From a virus (lineage: Duplodnaviria; Heunggongvirae; Uroviricota; Caudoviricetes): a DNA stretch of 19,027 nt. A model generated the notes under the pieces. The model did no database searches, had not been told where the DNA came from, and worked only from the letters and a program-made list of their open reading frames with translations. The first letter of the stretch is position 1; every line of letters begins with the position of its first letter. Of this stretch, positions 1 to 8,622 are shown piece after piece. The stretch is from IMG/VR virus record IMGVR_UViG_3300022871_000010. One strand, written 5' to 3'. A program made the position numbers and the translations under genes.

Positions 1-165
1 AGTATAAAATTAAATACAAACTATAAAGAAAATCAACAAAATTACAGGTATGAAAGACAAATAATACAAGCAATGTATAGACAAGGAGAATTATCAAAAA
101 CATCAGAAAAAAAAATTAATAAAATATTAACAAAAATAAAAAATACAAGAGGAACAAAAAAATGA
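1..165 (+). CDS. Partial hypothetical protein, 5' end outside the window
   Basis: Frame 1 is open from base 1 to TGA 163-165, ends NTRGTKK*, and overlaps the next start as ATGA. It is not in the ORF track. Confidence 0.6.
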   Translation, partial: SIKLNTNYKENQQNYRYERQIIQAMYRQGELSKTSEKKINKILTKIKNTRGTKK

Positions 166-362
166 CTGATAGAATTAAAGGATTAGTAGTAACACTAGAA
201 CAGGATATTAGAGATGATGATATCAAACAATTAACAAATGCCATAAACTTAATTAAAGGGGTTGTGTGCGTATCAAATGTTATAGATAATATTGACGACC
301 AAATAAACAGGGTACGCGTAAAACACCAACTAAAAACGCAGTTATATGAGGTATTAAAATGA
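162..362 (+). CDS. Hypothetical protein, 66 aa
   Basis: GAGG SD upstream and ATGA overlaps at both ends. Confidence 0.8.
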   Translation: MTDRIKGLVVTLEQDIRDDDIKQLTNAINLIKGVVCVSNVIDNIDDQINRVRVKHQLKTQLYEVLK

Positions 363-598
363 ATAGGATAGATGATTTTGAAATTAAAAGGCAGTCAGAC
401 GTGAAGGTGTGTGGAATGATTGCGAGAATTATAAAAATTACAAATAAAAAAACAAAAAAAACATCATATAGTTGCACATTACCATTAGTCGTGAATAAAA
501 ATACAAAACACGAAGCCGTTAAAGAAATAGAATTTTTAATGACAATGATTCAAAGAATGAAAGTAATAAATAAAAATACACGAGGAACAAAAAAATGA
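359..598 (+). CDS. Hypothetical basic protein, 79 aa
   Basis: GAGG SD and ATGA coupling. It ends KNTRGTKK*, like the ORF at 1-165. Confidence 0.75.
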   Translation: MNRIDDFEIKRQSDVKVCGMIARIIKITNKKTKKTSYSCTLPLVVNKNTKHEAVKEIEFLMTMIQRMKVINKNTRGTKK

Positions 599-789
599 AT
601 AGAAACTTTAAGAAAGAATCATTAAAAGATTTATTAATGCCAAAAATGTTAGATAGTTTTAGTGATACAGGGCAAAAAGGTGCTGAAAAATATTTTGTTG
701 AATATGACGGGTGGCATTTTGAAGGTTCAACAATGAAATCAGTAACCAACAAAGTATTAAAATACATATTTGTAGGAGGAAAAGAATGA
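595..789 (+). CDS. Hypothetical protein, 64 aa
   Basis: GAGG SD and ATGA coupling. The tail TNKVLKYIFVGG resembles that of the next ORF. Confidence 0.75.
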   Translation: MNRNFKKESLKDLLMPKMLDSFSDTGQKGAEKYFVEYDGWHFEGSTMKSVTNKVLKYIFVGGKE

Positions 790-989
790 TAGTAACAGCT
801 ATAAATATTAAAAATGATATTTTAGACGAAGAAAATATTGAATTGGCTATAAGTATGTGTAATATAAAATACGTTCCGGTAGATGAACTGGAAAGCTTAT
901 TAAAAACAGAACACAAAGACGATAAGGCAGGGGCATTAAGAATTACAAACACATTGAGAAAATACATATTTGCAGGAGGTAAATTATAA
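786..989 (+). CDS. Hypothetical protein, 67 aa
   Basis: GGAGG SD and ATGA coupling. Tail is TNTLRKYIFAGG. Confidence 0.75.
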   Translation: MIVTAINIKNDILDEENIELAISMCNIKYVPVDELESLLKTEHKDDKAGALRITNTLRKYIFAGGKL

Positions 990-1243
990 TGACTATTAAA
1001 GATTTAAAAATTAAAGAAATTTATGAGTATGATAATTTAGTTGCGTTTTTAAAAGGGTTTCAGTTAATAGAAAAAGCAAAAAAACTTTATGAAATAAAGG
1101 ATATTGAAGAAATTTATTCGTCATCATATTGTGATGAAGACGAAATAACAGAATGGTTAGAAAAAAGTGATAAAGAATATAGCATGGACTTTAAAGAAAA
1201 CAGGGAAGGCGGATATTTTGAAATTATAGAATACGAGGAATAA
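989..1243 (+). CDS. Hypothetical acidic protein, 84 aa
   Basis: GGAGG SD and TAATG overlap. Confidence 0.75.
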   Translation: MTIKDLKIKEIYEYDNLVAFLKGFQLIEKAKKLYEIKDIEEIYSSSYCDEDEITEWLEKSDKEYSMDFKENREGGYFEIIEYEE

Positions 1244-1244
1244 A

Positions 1245-1496
1245 ATGGTAATAGAAGAAAAAGAAATTAAAAGACTGATATTAACAGAATTAGACAAGTT
1301 ATTTAATGAAACAATGAATGACAACGAAGATGAATGCAATGAAGAAGAATTAAGTGCCATAGAAAGCGTTTTTATGAGTTACAGGAATGTTATTGCCGGA
1401 ACTGACTGGGACGGCACACATAGAGAATATGAGCGACACGGAATAAATGAAAAAGATGATAGAAATTATTTACCAGAATTACAAAAGGAGGACTAA
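1245..1496 (+). CDS. Hypothetical acidic protein, 83 aa
   Basis: GAGG SD and a 1-nt gap to the previous stop. Confidence 0.75.
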   Translation: MVIEEKEIKRLILTELDKLFNETMNDNEDECNEEELSAIESVFMSYRNVIAGTDWDGTHREYERHGINEKDDRNYLPELQKED

Positions 1497-1499
1497 AAA

Positions 1500-1889
1500 A
1501 TGGAATTAACATATTATTATTTGGAACATATATTCCAGGTGGCAGTGCCAAAAACATTATTTAATAGTGATATAGCTATAGGAATAATTTTGGGAATATT
1601 ATTTATAATTTTTGAATTATTACTAATACGCAAGATAAAAAAATATGATGAAGACAACAATGCACATACAGAATTTGAGTTTTTTGTAGTTTTAAATATG
1701 GGTATCTTGCTTTTAATGGCTATATTTTCGTTTATAGTAGTGTTGTATGTATCTTATTTTAAAAATTTTATGACCATTATAGGTATTATAGCAGTAGCTA
1801 TTGGAATGAAATATGTAATATTTAAATTAGCATTTAAACCAAAGAAGAAAAAAAAGAGAAATAGTGTGTTACTTAAAAGTGATAACTAA
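1500..1889 (+). CDS. Hypothetical membrane protein with about 3 TM segments and a basic tail, 129 aa
   Basis: GGAGG SD. Hydrophobic stretches IAIGIILGILFIIFELLLI, FFVVLNMGILLLMAIFSFIVVLYV and IIGIIAVAIGM. Confidence 0.8.
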   Translation: MELTYYYLEHIFQVAVPKTLFNSDIAIGIILGILFIIFELLLIRKIKKYDEDNNAHTEFEFFVVLNMGILLLMAIFSFIVVLYVSYFKNFMTIIGIIAVAIGMKYVIFKLAFKPKKKKKRNSVLLKSDN

Positions 1890-1891
1890 TA

Positions 1892-1899
1892 TTTATATA
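1892..1899 (+). promoter_or_regulatory. Candidate archaeal TATA box (TTTATATA)
   Basis: Lies in one of the few intergenic gaps, about 24 nt upstream of the AGAGG SD of ORF 1937, and matches the archaeal TATA consensus. Confidence 0.5.
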
Positions 1900-1936
1900 T
1901 TAGTTGCACTTACCAGTAACATAGAGGAAAATAAAA

Positions 1937-2278
1937 ATGACAAATGAAACATTATGCCCAATAAATATTGATGAGATACGACGACTACCTCCAATAGAGA
2001 AAGCCGAAGCATTAAAGAAATATCATGAATGGGTTAGAGGGGCTAGAAAGCAAGACCGAAGATTAGAACACAATAAAGATGTAAGAAAATACAATTTTAA
2101 AACTAGAAAAACGAGAAACGCTAACCAAAAATTAGCAATCTTTAAAAAAAATGGGCATAAATTTTATAACGAAAAAATCAATAGTAGTGGATTGATAATT
2201 AATGTGCAAACAATAGTAAGATTTGATGGAACTATAGACCACAAAATGAAAGTATATACATATAGAACACAGGTGTAA
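1937..2278 (+). CDS. Hypothetical basic protein, 113 aa
   Basis: AGAGG SD. First gene after the candidate promoter. K/R-rich. Confidence 0.75.
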   Translation: MTNETLCPINIDEIRRLPPIEKAEALKKYHEWVRGARKQDRRLEHNKDVRKYNFKTRKTRNANQKLAIFKKNGHKFYNEKINSSGLIINVQTIVRFDGTIDHKMKVYTYRTQV

Positions 2279-2282
2279 AGAA

Positions 2283-2915
2283 ATGAAAATAAAACAAAAC
2301 ACAGCCAGATTTGACAAAAAAATAACTTATGCAGAAGCACATAAAAAAATATTAAAAATATTGAAAACAGAATTAAAAATTCCAGTAAATAAAAATAAAA
2401 ATAACATTATAGTATTAGGTGAAGACAAAATAATCACATTACATATTAAACCTAGTGATAATTATGTTTATTCAAAAAATAATTACAGAGAGTGCAACAT
2501 AGCGTTTAAGATAGAAAATATAGGACAACAATTTCACAGAGGGTTCAGAAACTTCGATATACTTGAAGACAACCATATAATTTTAAAACAAAAATTTATG
2601 GAAATATCAGATATGGCTAAAGAACTACAAATTATTGCAGACAACAACGCTATATTAGTTGATGTAAAAACACAACATATTAATAAAACATTTAAAAATT
2701 TAATTTCGGAACGCCCATTAATAAACATAGATATAATAGTAAATATAAAAAATTTAGCAGAATTGAGCGACCCAAAATATAATGTAAATATACATATGCA
2801 AGGACATTTTAAACACACCTTAGAAGATTTAACACAAGAACAAACACAAAACCTTTTAGACAAATTTAAAAATCTAAATGACACAATGAATGAATATGAT
2901 AAAGGTGATTACTAA
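2283..2915 (+). CDS. Hypothetical protein, 210 aa
   Basis: Long open frame in a very AT-rich context with an AGGTG SD. No motif recognised. Confidence 0.8.
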   Translation: MKIKQNTARFDKKITYAEAHKKILKILKTELKIPVNKNKNNIIVLGEDKIITLHIKPSDNYVYSKNNYRECNIAFKIENIGQQFHRGFRNFDILEDNHIILKQKFMEISDMAKELQIIADNNAILVDVKTQHINKTFKNLISERPLINIDIIVNIKNLAELSDPKYNVNIHMQGHFKHTLEDLTQEQTQNLLDKFKNLNDTMNEYDKGDY

Positions 2916-3163
2916 TGACTATATGCAGAAGAAAAGTACAAAATGAAGATTTTTACATTATATTTTGTGATGACCCAGATTATTTATATTCATTTATGTT
3001 TGGTTCATTAGAAGCTTGTAGTTTATGGATGGACAAAGTTAATGTAACACCACATAATAAAGCTTGGGATAAGTTGATAAAACACCAAGGAATAATATCA
3101 AGAAATGATATTTTAAAAGTCTTAGAGGAACAAAAATGTTCGAAGAATATTCAGATGAATTAA
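2915..3163 (+). CDS. Hypothetical protein, 82 aa
   Basis: AGGTGAT SD and TAATG overlap. Confidence 0.7.
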   Translation: MTICRRKVQNEDFYIIFCDDPDYLYSFMFGSLEACSLWMDKVNVTPHNKAWDKLIKHQGIISRNDILKVLEEQKCSKNIQMN

Positions 3164-3288
3164 AAAAATTTATTAATGAAATAATGCATTTTATTGATAA
3201 AAAACAATTAAAAAAAGAATTATTAAATGATTTCAACAAAGACTTAAAAATAGATTTTGAAACATATCTTGAAGAAGATTATATGTAA
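3136..3288 (+). CDS. Small hypothetical protein, 50 aa (MFEEYSDELKKF...EEDYM)
   Basis: Translated by hand. Preceded by a GAGGAACAAAAATG junction and fills the gap before 3301. Confidence 0.65.
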   Translation: MFEEYSDELKKFINEIMHFIDKKQLKKELLNDFNKDLKIDFETYLEEDYM

Positions 3289-3300
3289 GAGGTTAATAAA

Positions 3301-3492
3301 ATGGAAAAAATAAAATTATATGTTTGCCCAGTATGTAATTATATGTATAAAGATTATGCTACTTGTAGCGATTGTTGTTCAACAGATATAGAAACAGAAT
3401 TAGGATATGCTTGTGATGAGTGTGAGTGTGGTTACAGTGATAAAGAATCGGCAGAAGCTTGTTGCAAAAAAGAGGTAAAAAAAAATGACTAA
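3301..3492 (+). CDS. Cys-rich protein with two tandem CxxC-x12-CC repeats, probably metal-binding
   Basis: YVCPVCNYMYKDYATCSDCC and YACDECECGYSDKESAEACC. GAGG SD. Confidence 0.75.
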   Translation: MEKIKLYVCPVCNYMYKDYATCSDCCSTDIETELGYACDECECGYSDKESAEACCKKEVKKND

Positions 3493-3892
3493 ACAAAAAA
3501 TTAATAAAGTTACAATAGGGGCATCAATATTATTTGGGTTATTAGTTGGAATACTACTAGTAACACAAATGACATGGTTTGATTATCAATATGACGGAGT
3601 ACAATTAACGCACGATATAAGTATGCAACAATGTACCGAAGCATTACAAAATCATTATGATGTTGAAGAAGATTTAATAAACAATGAACGAACAGCCACA
3701 GACGACAGAGGATTTAGTGATATGCAACAATTAAAAGATTGTAAAATGTTAATAGAAAATCCTAATAGAATTTTAAGAGGAGCTTACGGAAATTTTTGGG
3801 CAGGATTTATCGGCATGAATTTAATGATATTGTTTGCAATCATGATAGTATCACTGTTAACATGGTATATGTTAGATAATATGATTAATTAA
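3485..3892 (+). CDS. Hypothetical two-TM membrane protein with a soluble loop, 135 aa
   Basis: N-terminal IGASILFGLLVGILLV and C-terminal FIGMNLMILFAIMIVSLLTWY. GAGG SD. Confidence 0.8.
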   Translation: MTKQKINKVTIGASILFGLLVGILLVTQMTWFDYQYDGVQLTHDISMQQCTEALQNHYDVEEDLINNERTATDDRGFSDMQQLKDCKMLIENPNRILRGAYGNFWAGFIGMNLMILFAIMIVSLLTWYMLDNMIN

Positions 3893-4134
3893 TGAGGAAC
3901 CATAAAATGGAGAAAAAATTATTACATAAAGATATGAGAGATATTGTTTTAGTTGCAGAAATTAGTGGTAATGACGGGTCTGACGGAACAGCCCTGTTTA
4001 ATCAATATCTCCCGGAAATAACTAAATTACATAGAACGACATTAAACAAACTATCAAAAAAAGAATTAAAAAAAAGGTTTGATAAAATAATGAAGTATAT
4101 AGAGACTGGCTATGACAGATATAAAAATGATTAA
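3892..4134 (+). CDS. Hypothetical protein, true start possibly ATG 3907
   Basis: GAGG at 3894-3897 sits at SD distance from ATG 3907. Confidence 0.7.
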   Translation: MRNHKMEKKLLHKDMRDIVLVAEISGNDGSDGTALFNQYLPEITKLHRTTLNKLSKKELKKRFDKIMKYIETGYDRYKND

Positions 4135-4179
4135 TAAAAAATATTGTTGGGAAATAAAAAACAATACAGAGGAAAAAAG

Positions 4180-4362
4180 ATGATTCAACGACAAGGATTA
4201 AATGTTACAGTTAAACAACTAAGAAAATTAGCAGATAAAATTGAAGCTGAACACAATAATTTGGTCAAAGAATTAGGAATAGTTTTGGTTAAAGATGCAA
4301 CCGCAGTTATAAGCATAATTAATAAAAGCAAATGTTCAGATACTTGGGAGATAGAAAAATGA
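4180..4362 (+). CDS. Hypothetical protein, 60 aa, start moved from TTG 4144
   Basis: GAGG SD upstream of ATG 4180 and ATGA overlap with the next gene. Confidence 0.7.
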   Translation: MIQRQGLNVTVKQLRKLADKIEAEHNNLVKELGIVLVKDATAVISIINKSKCSDTWEIEK

Positions 4363-4781
4363 AATATATAGAAGAAAAAAAATTTGGGCGAGACCACTGG
4401 AATTTACTAGCATATATAGAATATTGCTGCATGAATTACGAGGGAAAACTAAACCCACAAAGAATGAGAATAAAACATAAAACAACAGGAGCATCTGGGC
4501 AATGCAGTAGTGAATGGAATCCAAAATATGGAACAAGGCTAAAAGGATATGTATATGATGATAAAACAACCCATGAAACCTTATTGTTAAAAAAACATGA
4601 TGATTTAGATTGTTTAGATGATTTAGAGAATGCAACAATAATTAAAAATAAAGGAAGTGGATTAAACCCTATGGTAGAACTTACAAAAAAAGGAATAATG
4701 TTATGTGGAAAATTAACAGCGCATAAACAAAATGGCGGGTATTTTTCCAATTTTAACTCAGAGGAAAAAAATGAAATATAA
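4359..4781 (+). CDS. Hypothetical protein with FGRDHW and HDDLDCLDDLE motifs, start moved from 4332
   Basis: GGGAG SD and ATGA overlap at 4359. The motifs look conserved but no function is recognised. Confidence 0.75.
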   Translation: MKYIEEKKFGRDHWNLLAYIEYCCMNYEGKLNPQRMRIKHKTTGASGQCSSEWNPKYGTRLKGYVYDDKTTHETLLLKKHDDLDCLDDLENATIIKNKGSGLNPMVELTKKGIMLCGKLTAHKQNGGYFSNFNSEEKNEI

Positions 4782-5286
4782 ATGCAATAATTGTGGACAT
4801 AAAACGGGTTGTTCAATACCAAACATTTTAGATAATAACAAGTGCGTAATCAAAGGTTGCAATGGAAGACTTAAAATAATAGGAGACACAAAAATGAAGC
4901 TTAACGAAATTGTAAAAGAAATAAAAGAATTTAACGACAAAAGAGGGTACTCAAAACCTGAACAAATAAAAGACATGCTATTAAATCTAGTGAGCGAAGT
5001 ATCAGAATTTTCAGACAGAATAAAGTTTGTGGACGTAAAAACACAGCTAAAAATCATTGAAGAAAATAAAGAATTATTTGCAAACAACATAGCAGATATG
5101 TTATATCTTGTATTGAAACTATCTTACTTAATAAACGTGGATGCAGAAAAAGAATTATTAAAAGTTATGGAAGAATACGAACACAGGTCTCCTTTAACTA
5201 AAGAATTTAACAACGGAAATAAGTATGCAGGAGGTAGTGATTTAAAAAAAGAACACTCACCAAACGGAGGAACAAAAAATGAATGA
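4771..5286 (+). CDS. MazG-like (all-alpha NTP pyrophosphohydrolase) domain with an N-terminal Zn-ribbon
   Basis: LLNLVSEVSEFSD...IADMLYLVLKLSYLINVDAEKELLKVMEEYEHRSP fits the MazG/dCTPase helix pattern. N-terminal CNNC...CVIKGC. GAGG SD before ATG 4771. Confidence 0.65.
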   Translation: MKYKCNNCGHKTGCSIPNILDNNKCVIKGCNGRLKIIGDTKMKLNEIVKEIKEFNDKRGYSKPEQIKDMLLNLVSEVSEFSDRIKFVDVKTQLKIIEENKELFANNIADMLYLVLKLSYLINVDAEKELLKVMEEYEHRSPLTKEFNNGNKYAGGSDLKKEHSPNGGTKNE

Positions 5287-5676
5287 ATGGATACTAGCAT
5301 TAACAATAATAATATTAGCAGGTGAAGGATTGTTTATATTTTTTAGAACAACATGCCAAATAAAGTGCGACTCATGGGGCACAGATAAATTTATATCTTT
5401 TCTTGCAGGGGGGGTGTATTATTTTTTATGTTGGAATGTTCCAAGACTAGAATGCTCAATGGTCATATATGAAAATCCATGGCCTTTAGCAGCATCTTTC
5501 AAATATGTAGGATTTGTGCATATAGGCATACTAGGGATAATAGGATTTATTATTTTAAATAAATATTTATCAGACTTTATACATAATAAAAGAATAGGCA
5601 ATCAGTTTGATAGAATGAAAAATAAAATTACGAGGAACAAAAAATGAATGAATGGATACTAGCATTAACAATAATA
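5267..5676 (+). repeat. 45-bp exact direct repeat (5267-5311 and 5632-5676), with a partial third copy near 5981-6026
   Basis: gaggaacaaaaaatgaatgaatggatactagcattaacaataata occurs twice, 365 nt apart. Confidence 0.9.
5279..5647 (+). CDS. Membrane protein, MNEWILAL family copy 1 (about 3 TM)
   Basis: Hydrophobic segments. Shares its N-terminus and a D(S/W)xGxDK...YY..CW.VPR pattern with copy 2. Confidence 0.8.
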   Translation: MNEWILALTIIILAGEGLFIFFRTTCQIKCDSWGTDKFISFLAGGVYYFLCWNVPRLECSMVIYENPWPLAASFKYVGFVHIGILGIIGFIILNKYLSDFIHNKRIGNQFDRMKNKITRNKK

Positions 5677-5997
5677 CTTATAGCAACGGAAATAATTTTT
5701 ATAACAGCAAGAACGATAGGACGTTTAACAGATGTCGATTGGTTAGGAGATAAAATAGCAGCACTATTTACAGCCGCATTATATTATGTTTGTTGTTGGC
5801 TAGTACCAAGATTTAAAATACATGAATATGGCGGGTTTGGTGGAATGAAAGGATTCACTTATGTTTGGGGAATACATTTCATCATTATAGGCGGGGCAAT
5901 ATTACTTTTATTAAATAAAAAAATATCAAACTTTATATATACCCAAAGACTAAAAAATAAAAAATCTAAAAAACAATCACGAGGTAAGAAAAAATGA
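5644..5997 (+). CDS. Membrane protein, MNEWILAL family copy 2 (about 3 TM)
   Basis: Paralog of 5279-5647, with ATGA coupling. Confidence 0.8.
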   Translation: MNEWILALTIILIATEIIFITARTIGRLTDVDWLGDKIAALFTAALYYVCCWLVPRFKIHEYGGFGGMKGFTYVWGIHFIIIGGAILLLLNKKISNFIYTQRLKNKKSKKQSRGKKK

Positions 5998-6150
5998 ATG
6001 AATGGATACTAGCATTAATAATAATAATAGGGATAGGGATAGAAATAATAATAGCACATAAAAAAGGATTTGATGATGCAAAAAAAACAAATGTTAAACA
6101 ATATTGAAGATTACGAAAACAAACACACTAACAAGGTGAAAAATAAATGA
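5994..6150 (+). pseudogene. MNEWILAL family copy 3, short and apparently frameshifted in the A-run at 6080-6087
   Basis: Reads MNEWILALIIIIGIG...KQY* to 6107. Removing one A extends it to TGA 6148-6150, which overlaps ATG 6147. Confidence 0.5.
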
Positions 6151-6572
6151 CTAGAAATTTATACTTTATTAACACAGTAAATATGAAGAACGAATTAATG
6201 AGACAACCAAAAGCTTACATTCAACCAAAGTTCGGGCAGGATGATTCACATGGATATTCTTACCTGGAAGCTAGAGAACGCTATCAAAAAAATTTAGGGC
6301 ATGTTATGGGCTTAGAAAAAAGCATTACAGAACTAGAACTGCGAAGTAATGGAAGTAAACCTTTTGAACACATTTTTGAAGCATACAACGACTTTATTGA
6401 TAGTAAAACAAAAATGGAAGTAGAATTTTTGACAGGAATACCAGAAGACGATACATTACTGACCTATTACAACTCAATAAAAACATACAATGCTTATACA
6501 ACAATACTAAAACACTACGGAAAAGACTGGACAGATGTTTTAGAAGAACAATACCTAGGTGGTAAAAAGTGA
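6147..6572 (+). CDS. Hypothetical protein, 141 aa
   Basis: AGGTGA SD and a long open frame. Confidence 0.8.
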   Translation: MTRNLYFINTVNMKNELMRQPKAYIQPKFGQDDSHGYSYLEARERYQKNLGHVMGLEKSITELELRSNGSKPFEHIFEAYNDFIDSKTKMEVEFLTGIPEDDTLLTYYNSIKTYNAYTTILKHYGKDWTDVLEEQYLGGKK

Positions 6573-6721
6573 ATGAAACAATAATAACAAAACAAGAGTT
6601 TGCGTCAAACCTATTGAGTTGTGCAAAATACATAGCCGCTAAAGGAACAAACAAAGTAGAAGTACAAATGAAAAATGTTGTGGTAACTTTAGAACTACGA
6701 AATGTAAAGACAAAAGTATAA
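6569..6721 (+). CDS. Small hypothetical protein, 50 aa, GTG start
   Basis: Translated by hand (MNETIITKQEFASN...KTKV). GTGA overlap and AGGTGG SD. Confidence 0.6.
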   Translation: MNETIITKQEFASNLLSCAKYIAAKGTNKVEVQMKNVVVTLELRNVKTKV

Positions 6722-6882
6722 TGGCATCTAAAATACATTGCAAAAAATGTAAAGAACCCATAACACAACACGGGTTATACTTCATAATACAAAAGAAACA
6801 AAAAGGAAATGTTATAACACTTGATACAGAAAAATATTGTGAAAAATGTTTTAAAGAAAAGTTTAAAGGTGAAAAACAATGA
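6721..6882 (+). CDS. Small Zn-finger protein, 53 aa (CKKC...CEKC)
   Basis: Translated by hand. TAATG and ATGA overlaps and two CxxC pairs. Confidence 0.7.
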   Translation: MASKIHCKKCKEPITQHGLYFIIQKKQKGNVITLDTEKYCEKCFKEKFKGEKQ

Positions 6883-7082
6883 AAACAACAAAAAATATCA
6901 TTAAATGCAAAAACCTTTTAAAAGAAGATGAACACTTAATTAAACATTTTATTAAAACAAAAACCGTATGCCCGCAATGTGGGGGAATTATAAGCCATAA
7001 AAAAGATGATAAAACTAACGTGGTTTGTCCACAATGTTTATATATTAATTTTACATTGCCAGTAAAAAATAAAAAAAATTAA
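6879..7082 (+). CDS. Zn-ribbon protein, 67 aa (CPQC...CPQC)
   Basis: Two CPQC motifs and an AGGTGA SD. Confidence 0.75.
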   Translation: MKTTKNIIKCKNLLKEDEHLIKHFIKTKTVCPQCGGIISHKKDDKTNVVCPQCLYINFTLPVKNKKN

Positions 7083-7094
7083 AGGTGAAAAACA

Positions 7095-7415
7095 ATGAAA
7101 ACAATAACTAAATTAAAATTATGTAATAAACTTGAAATAGAATTAAAGCATTTAGGTTTAATAAAAAACATAAATGTTGAAATGACTACACAGGATACAT
7201 TATATTTTATTAATTATAATGAACAATGGTTTAAAAAATTAACTTATGACAAAAAAATAATTATTTGTGAGTTATTGGAAGAATTTTTTAAATCTTATGA
7301 ATTAAAAATAACTAGTTTGTTATTCAAAGAATATGGTTTCGGGGTTAGTGATTGTATCTCATTAACTTTGGAAAAGGTGATGAATAAAAACTTAATTAAA
7401 GGTGAAAAACAATGA
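7095..7415 (+). CDS. Hypothetical protein, 106 aa
   Basis: Flanked on both sides by the 22-bp junction repeat. Confidence 0.75.
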   Translation: MKTITKLKLCNKLEIELKHLGLIKNINVEMTTQDTLYFINYNEQWFKKLTYDKKIIICELLEEFFKSYELKITSLLFKEYGFGVSDCISLTLEKVMNKNLIKGEKQ

Positions 7416-7486
7416 AACCAAACTATGAAAAACCCATAATAACCGAGCAATCAACAAATATTTTAAAAATACTGGATGGTGAATAA
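7412..7486 (+). CDS. Mini-ORF, 24 aa (MKPNYEKPIITEQSTNILKILDGE)
   Basis: Starts in a junction repeat and ends in a GGTGAATAA junction, but is very short. Confidence 0.4.
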   Translation: MKPNYEKPIITEQSTNILKILDGE

Positions 7487-7721
7487 ATAATGACAGATTG
7501 CGAATTAACATTTAAATGTGGAGAACATGATATAAATGAATATTTATAAAATAAAAGCTCTAAGAGAAGCTAGAAAATCTCCTGGGCTATTTAATAGTGA
7601 GAAATTTTCGAGGATGTTAGATTTAGCAATGAAAAAATATTAACTACTAAAGAATTACAACGAAGATTTATATATGATTTGGTGTTTACAATATATTATG
7701 GATAAAGGTGAATAAATAATG
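7478..7721 (+). repeat. 15-bp junction repeat GGTGAATAAATAATG x2 (7478-7492, 7707-7721)
   Basis: Read directly. Each copy is SD + stop + start. Confidence 0.8.
7536..7715 (+). pseudogene. 59-codon frame interrupted by an in-frame TAA at 7641-7643
   Basis: MNIYKIKALREARK...AMKKY*LLKNYNEDLYMIWCLQYIMDKGE*. The frame continues to a canonical junction. Confidence 0.45.
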
Positions 7722-8004
7722 GCTGAATTAAAAGATATAAAAAAAGAAATTATAGGAAAAACATTAAAAACAATAATCAGTCTAGATGTTAATTCTTCAA
7801 ACACACTACAAGAAAAAGCTATAACAGATTGTGATTTTTACGATAATGTGGATATGTCATTCAGATGTTAACGAATCAACATTAGAATGTAAAGAATGTA
7901 AAATGAAATACAAAAAAGAAATTGAAAGAGGCATAAAAGTTATAGGAATAGATTATTCAAGTGACGGAACAAAAAATGCGTTATCAAAGTTTGAAGAAGT
8001 TTAA
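7719..8004 (+). pseudogene. Two overlapping short frames (7719-7871 and 7846-8004), possibly one frameshifted Cys-containing gene
   Basis: Removing one T from the T5 run at 7835-7839 joins MAELKDIKK...DCDF to TIMWICHSD...CKECK...FEEV*. Confidence 0.4.
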
Positions 8005-8019
8005 ATAGAGGAAATAAAA

Positions 8020-8214
8020 ATGTATAACAAAATAGTGAAAATAAAAATAACAAAAAGAGAAAATATAAAAATAGGAGATAAAGTTTTATTTGGCTCAGAC
8101 ATTGTTAAAATTTTAGCCATAAATAATGAATATTGGACTTTTGAAGGCAACGAAATAGTAGGTAAAACATTAACTATGCCCAGCTATAATTCTTATTATA
8201 AATTGGTGAAGTAG
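8020..8214 (+). CDS. Hypothetical protein, 64 aa, possibly a small beta-barrel
   Basis: AGAGG SD. An IKIGDKV motif is suggestive only. Confidence 0.7.
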   Translation: MYNKIVKIKITKRENIKIGDKVLFGSDIVKILAINNEYWTFEGNEIVGKTLTMPSYNSYYKLVK

Positions 8215-8217
8215 AAA

Positions 8218-8622
8218 ATGATAGATGATGATAAAACTATTTTGGTTCCTGATTGCATAAAGATAGAAAACAAGTGTTGTGGTGGTGATGGTTTAGGTAT
8301 TGTTTTTCCTAATAACAAACAAACATTATTATATAATAAAAGGAATGAAGTTTTTGGAGTTCGTGTTTCCTGGTTGAGAGATTTTGTTCAATGCAAATTA
8401 ACTCCTTGCAATTACAAAGATATTAAAGAAGGAGACACTTTTTGTGCTAGTAATTATTTACGAAAATCCTCTTCAGAGTTTGAAAACATAAATTGGTATT
8501 ACAAAAAATTAAAAGAAAAAAATAAAGCTGTTTGTGTTACTGTATCAAATGGTATATCTAACGAAGATATTATGAATTGTTATAATTATTTTTGGAAAGT
8601 TGAAGAGGAAAAAGAAAAATGA
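8218..8622 (+). CDS. Paralog family ILVPDCIKIEN copy 1, lacking the N-terminal helix
   Basis: High identity to 8619, 11880 and 13593. GGTGA SD. Confidence 0.85.
   Translation: MIDDDKTILVPDCIKIENKCCGGDGLGIVFPNNKQTLLYNKRNEVFGVRVSWLRDFVQCKLTPCNYKDIKEGDTFCASNYLRKSSSEFENINWYYKKLKEKNKAVCVTVSNGISNEDIMNCYNYFWKVEEEKEK

Larger units (their letters stand above)
6863..7417 (+). repeat. 22-bp exact junction repeat TTAAAGGTGAAAAACAATGAAA x3 (6863-6884, 7079-7100, 7396-7417)
   Basis: Read directly. Each copy carries an SD and the ATG of the next ORF. Confidence 0.9.

Noticed and set aside
4127-4183. 18-aa mini-ORF MINKKYCWEIKNNTEEKR, and similar ones at 7490-7549, 10498-10566 and 16429-16482
   Set aside because: They fill gaps and overlap neighbours but are too short to support without conservation or expression data.
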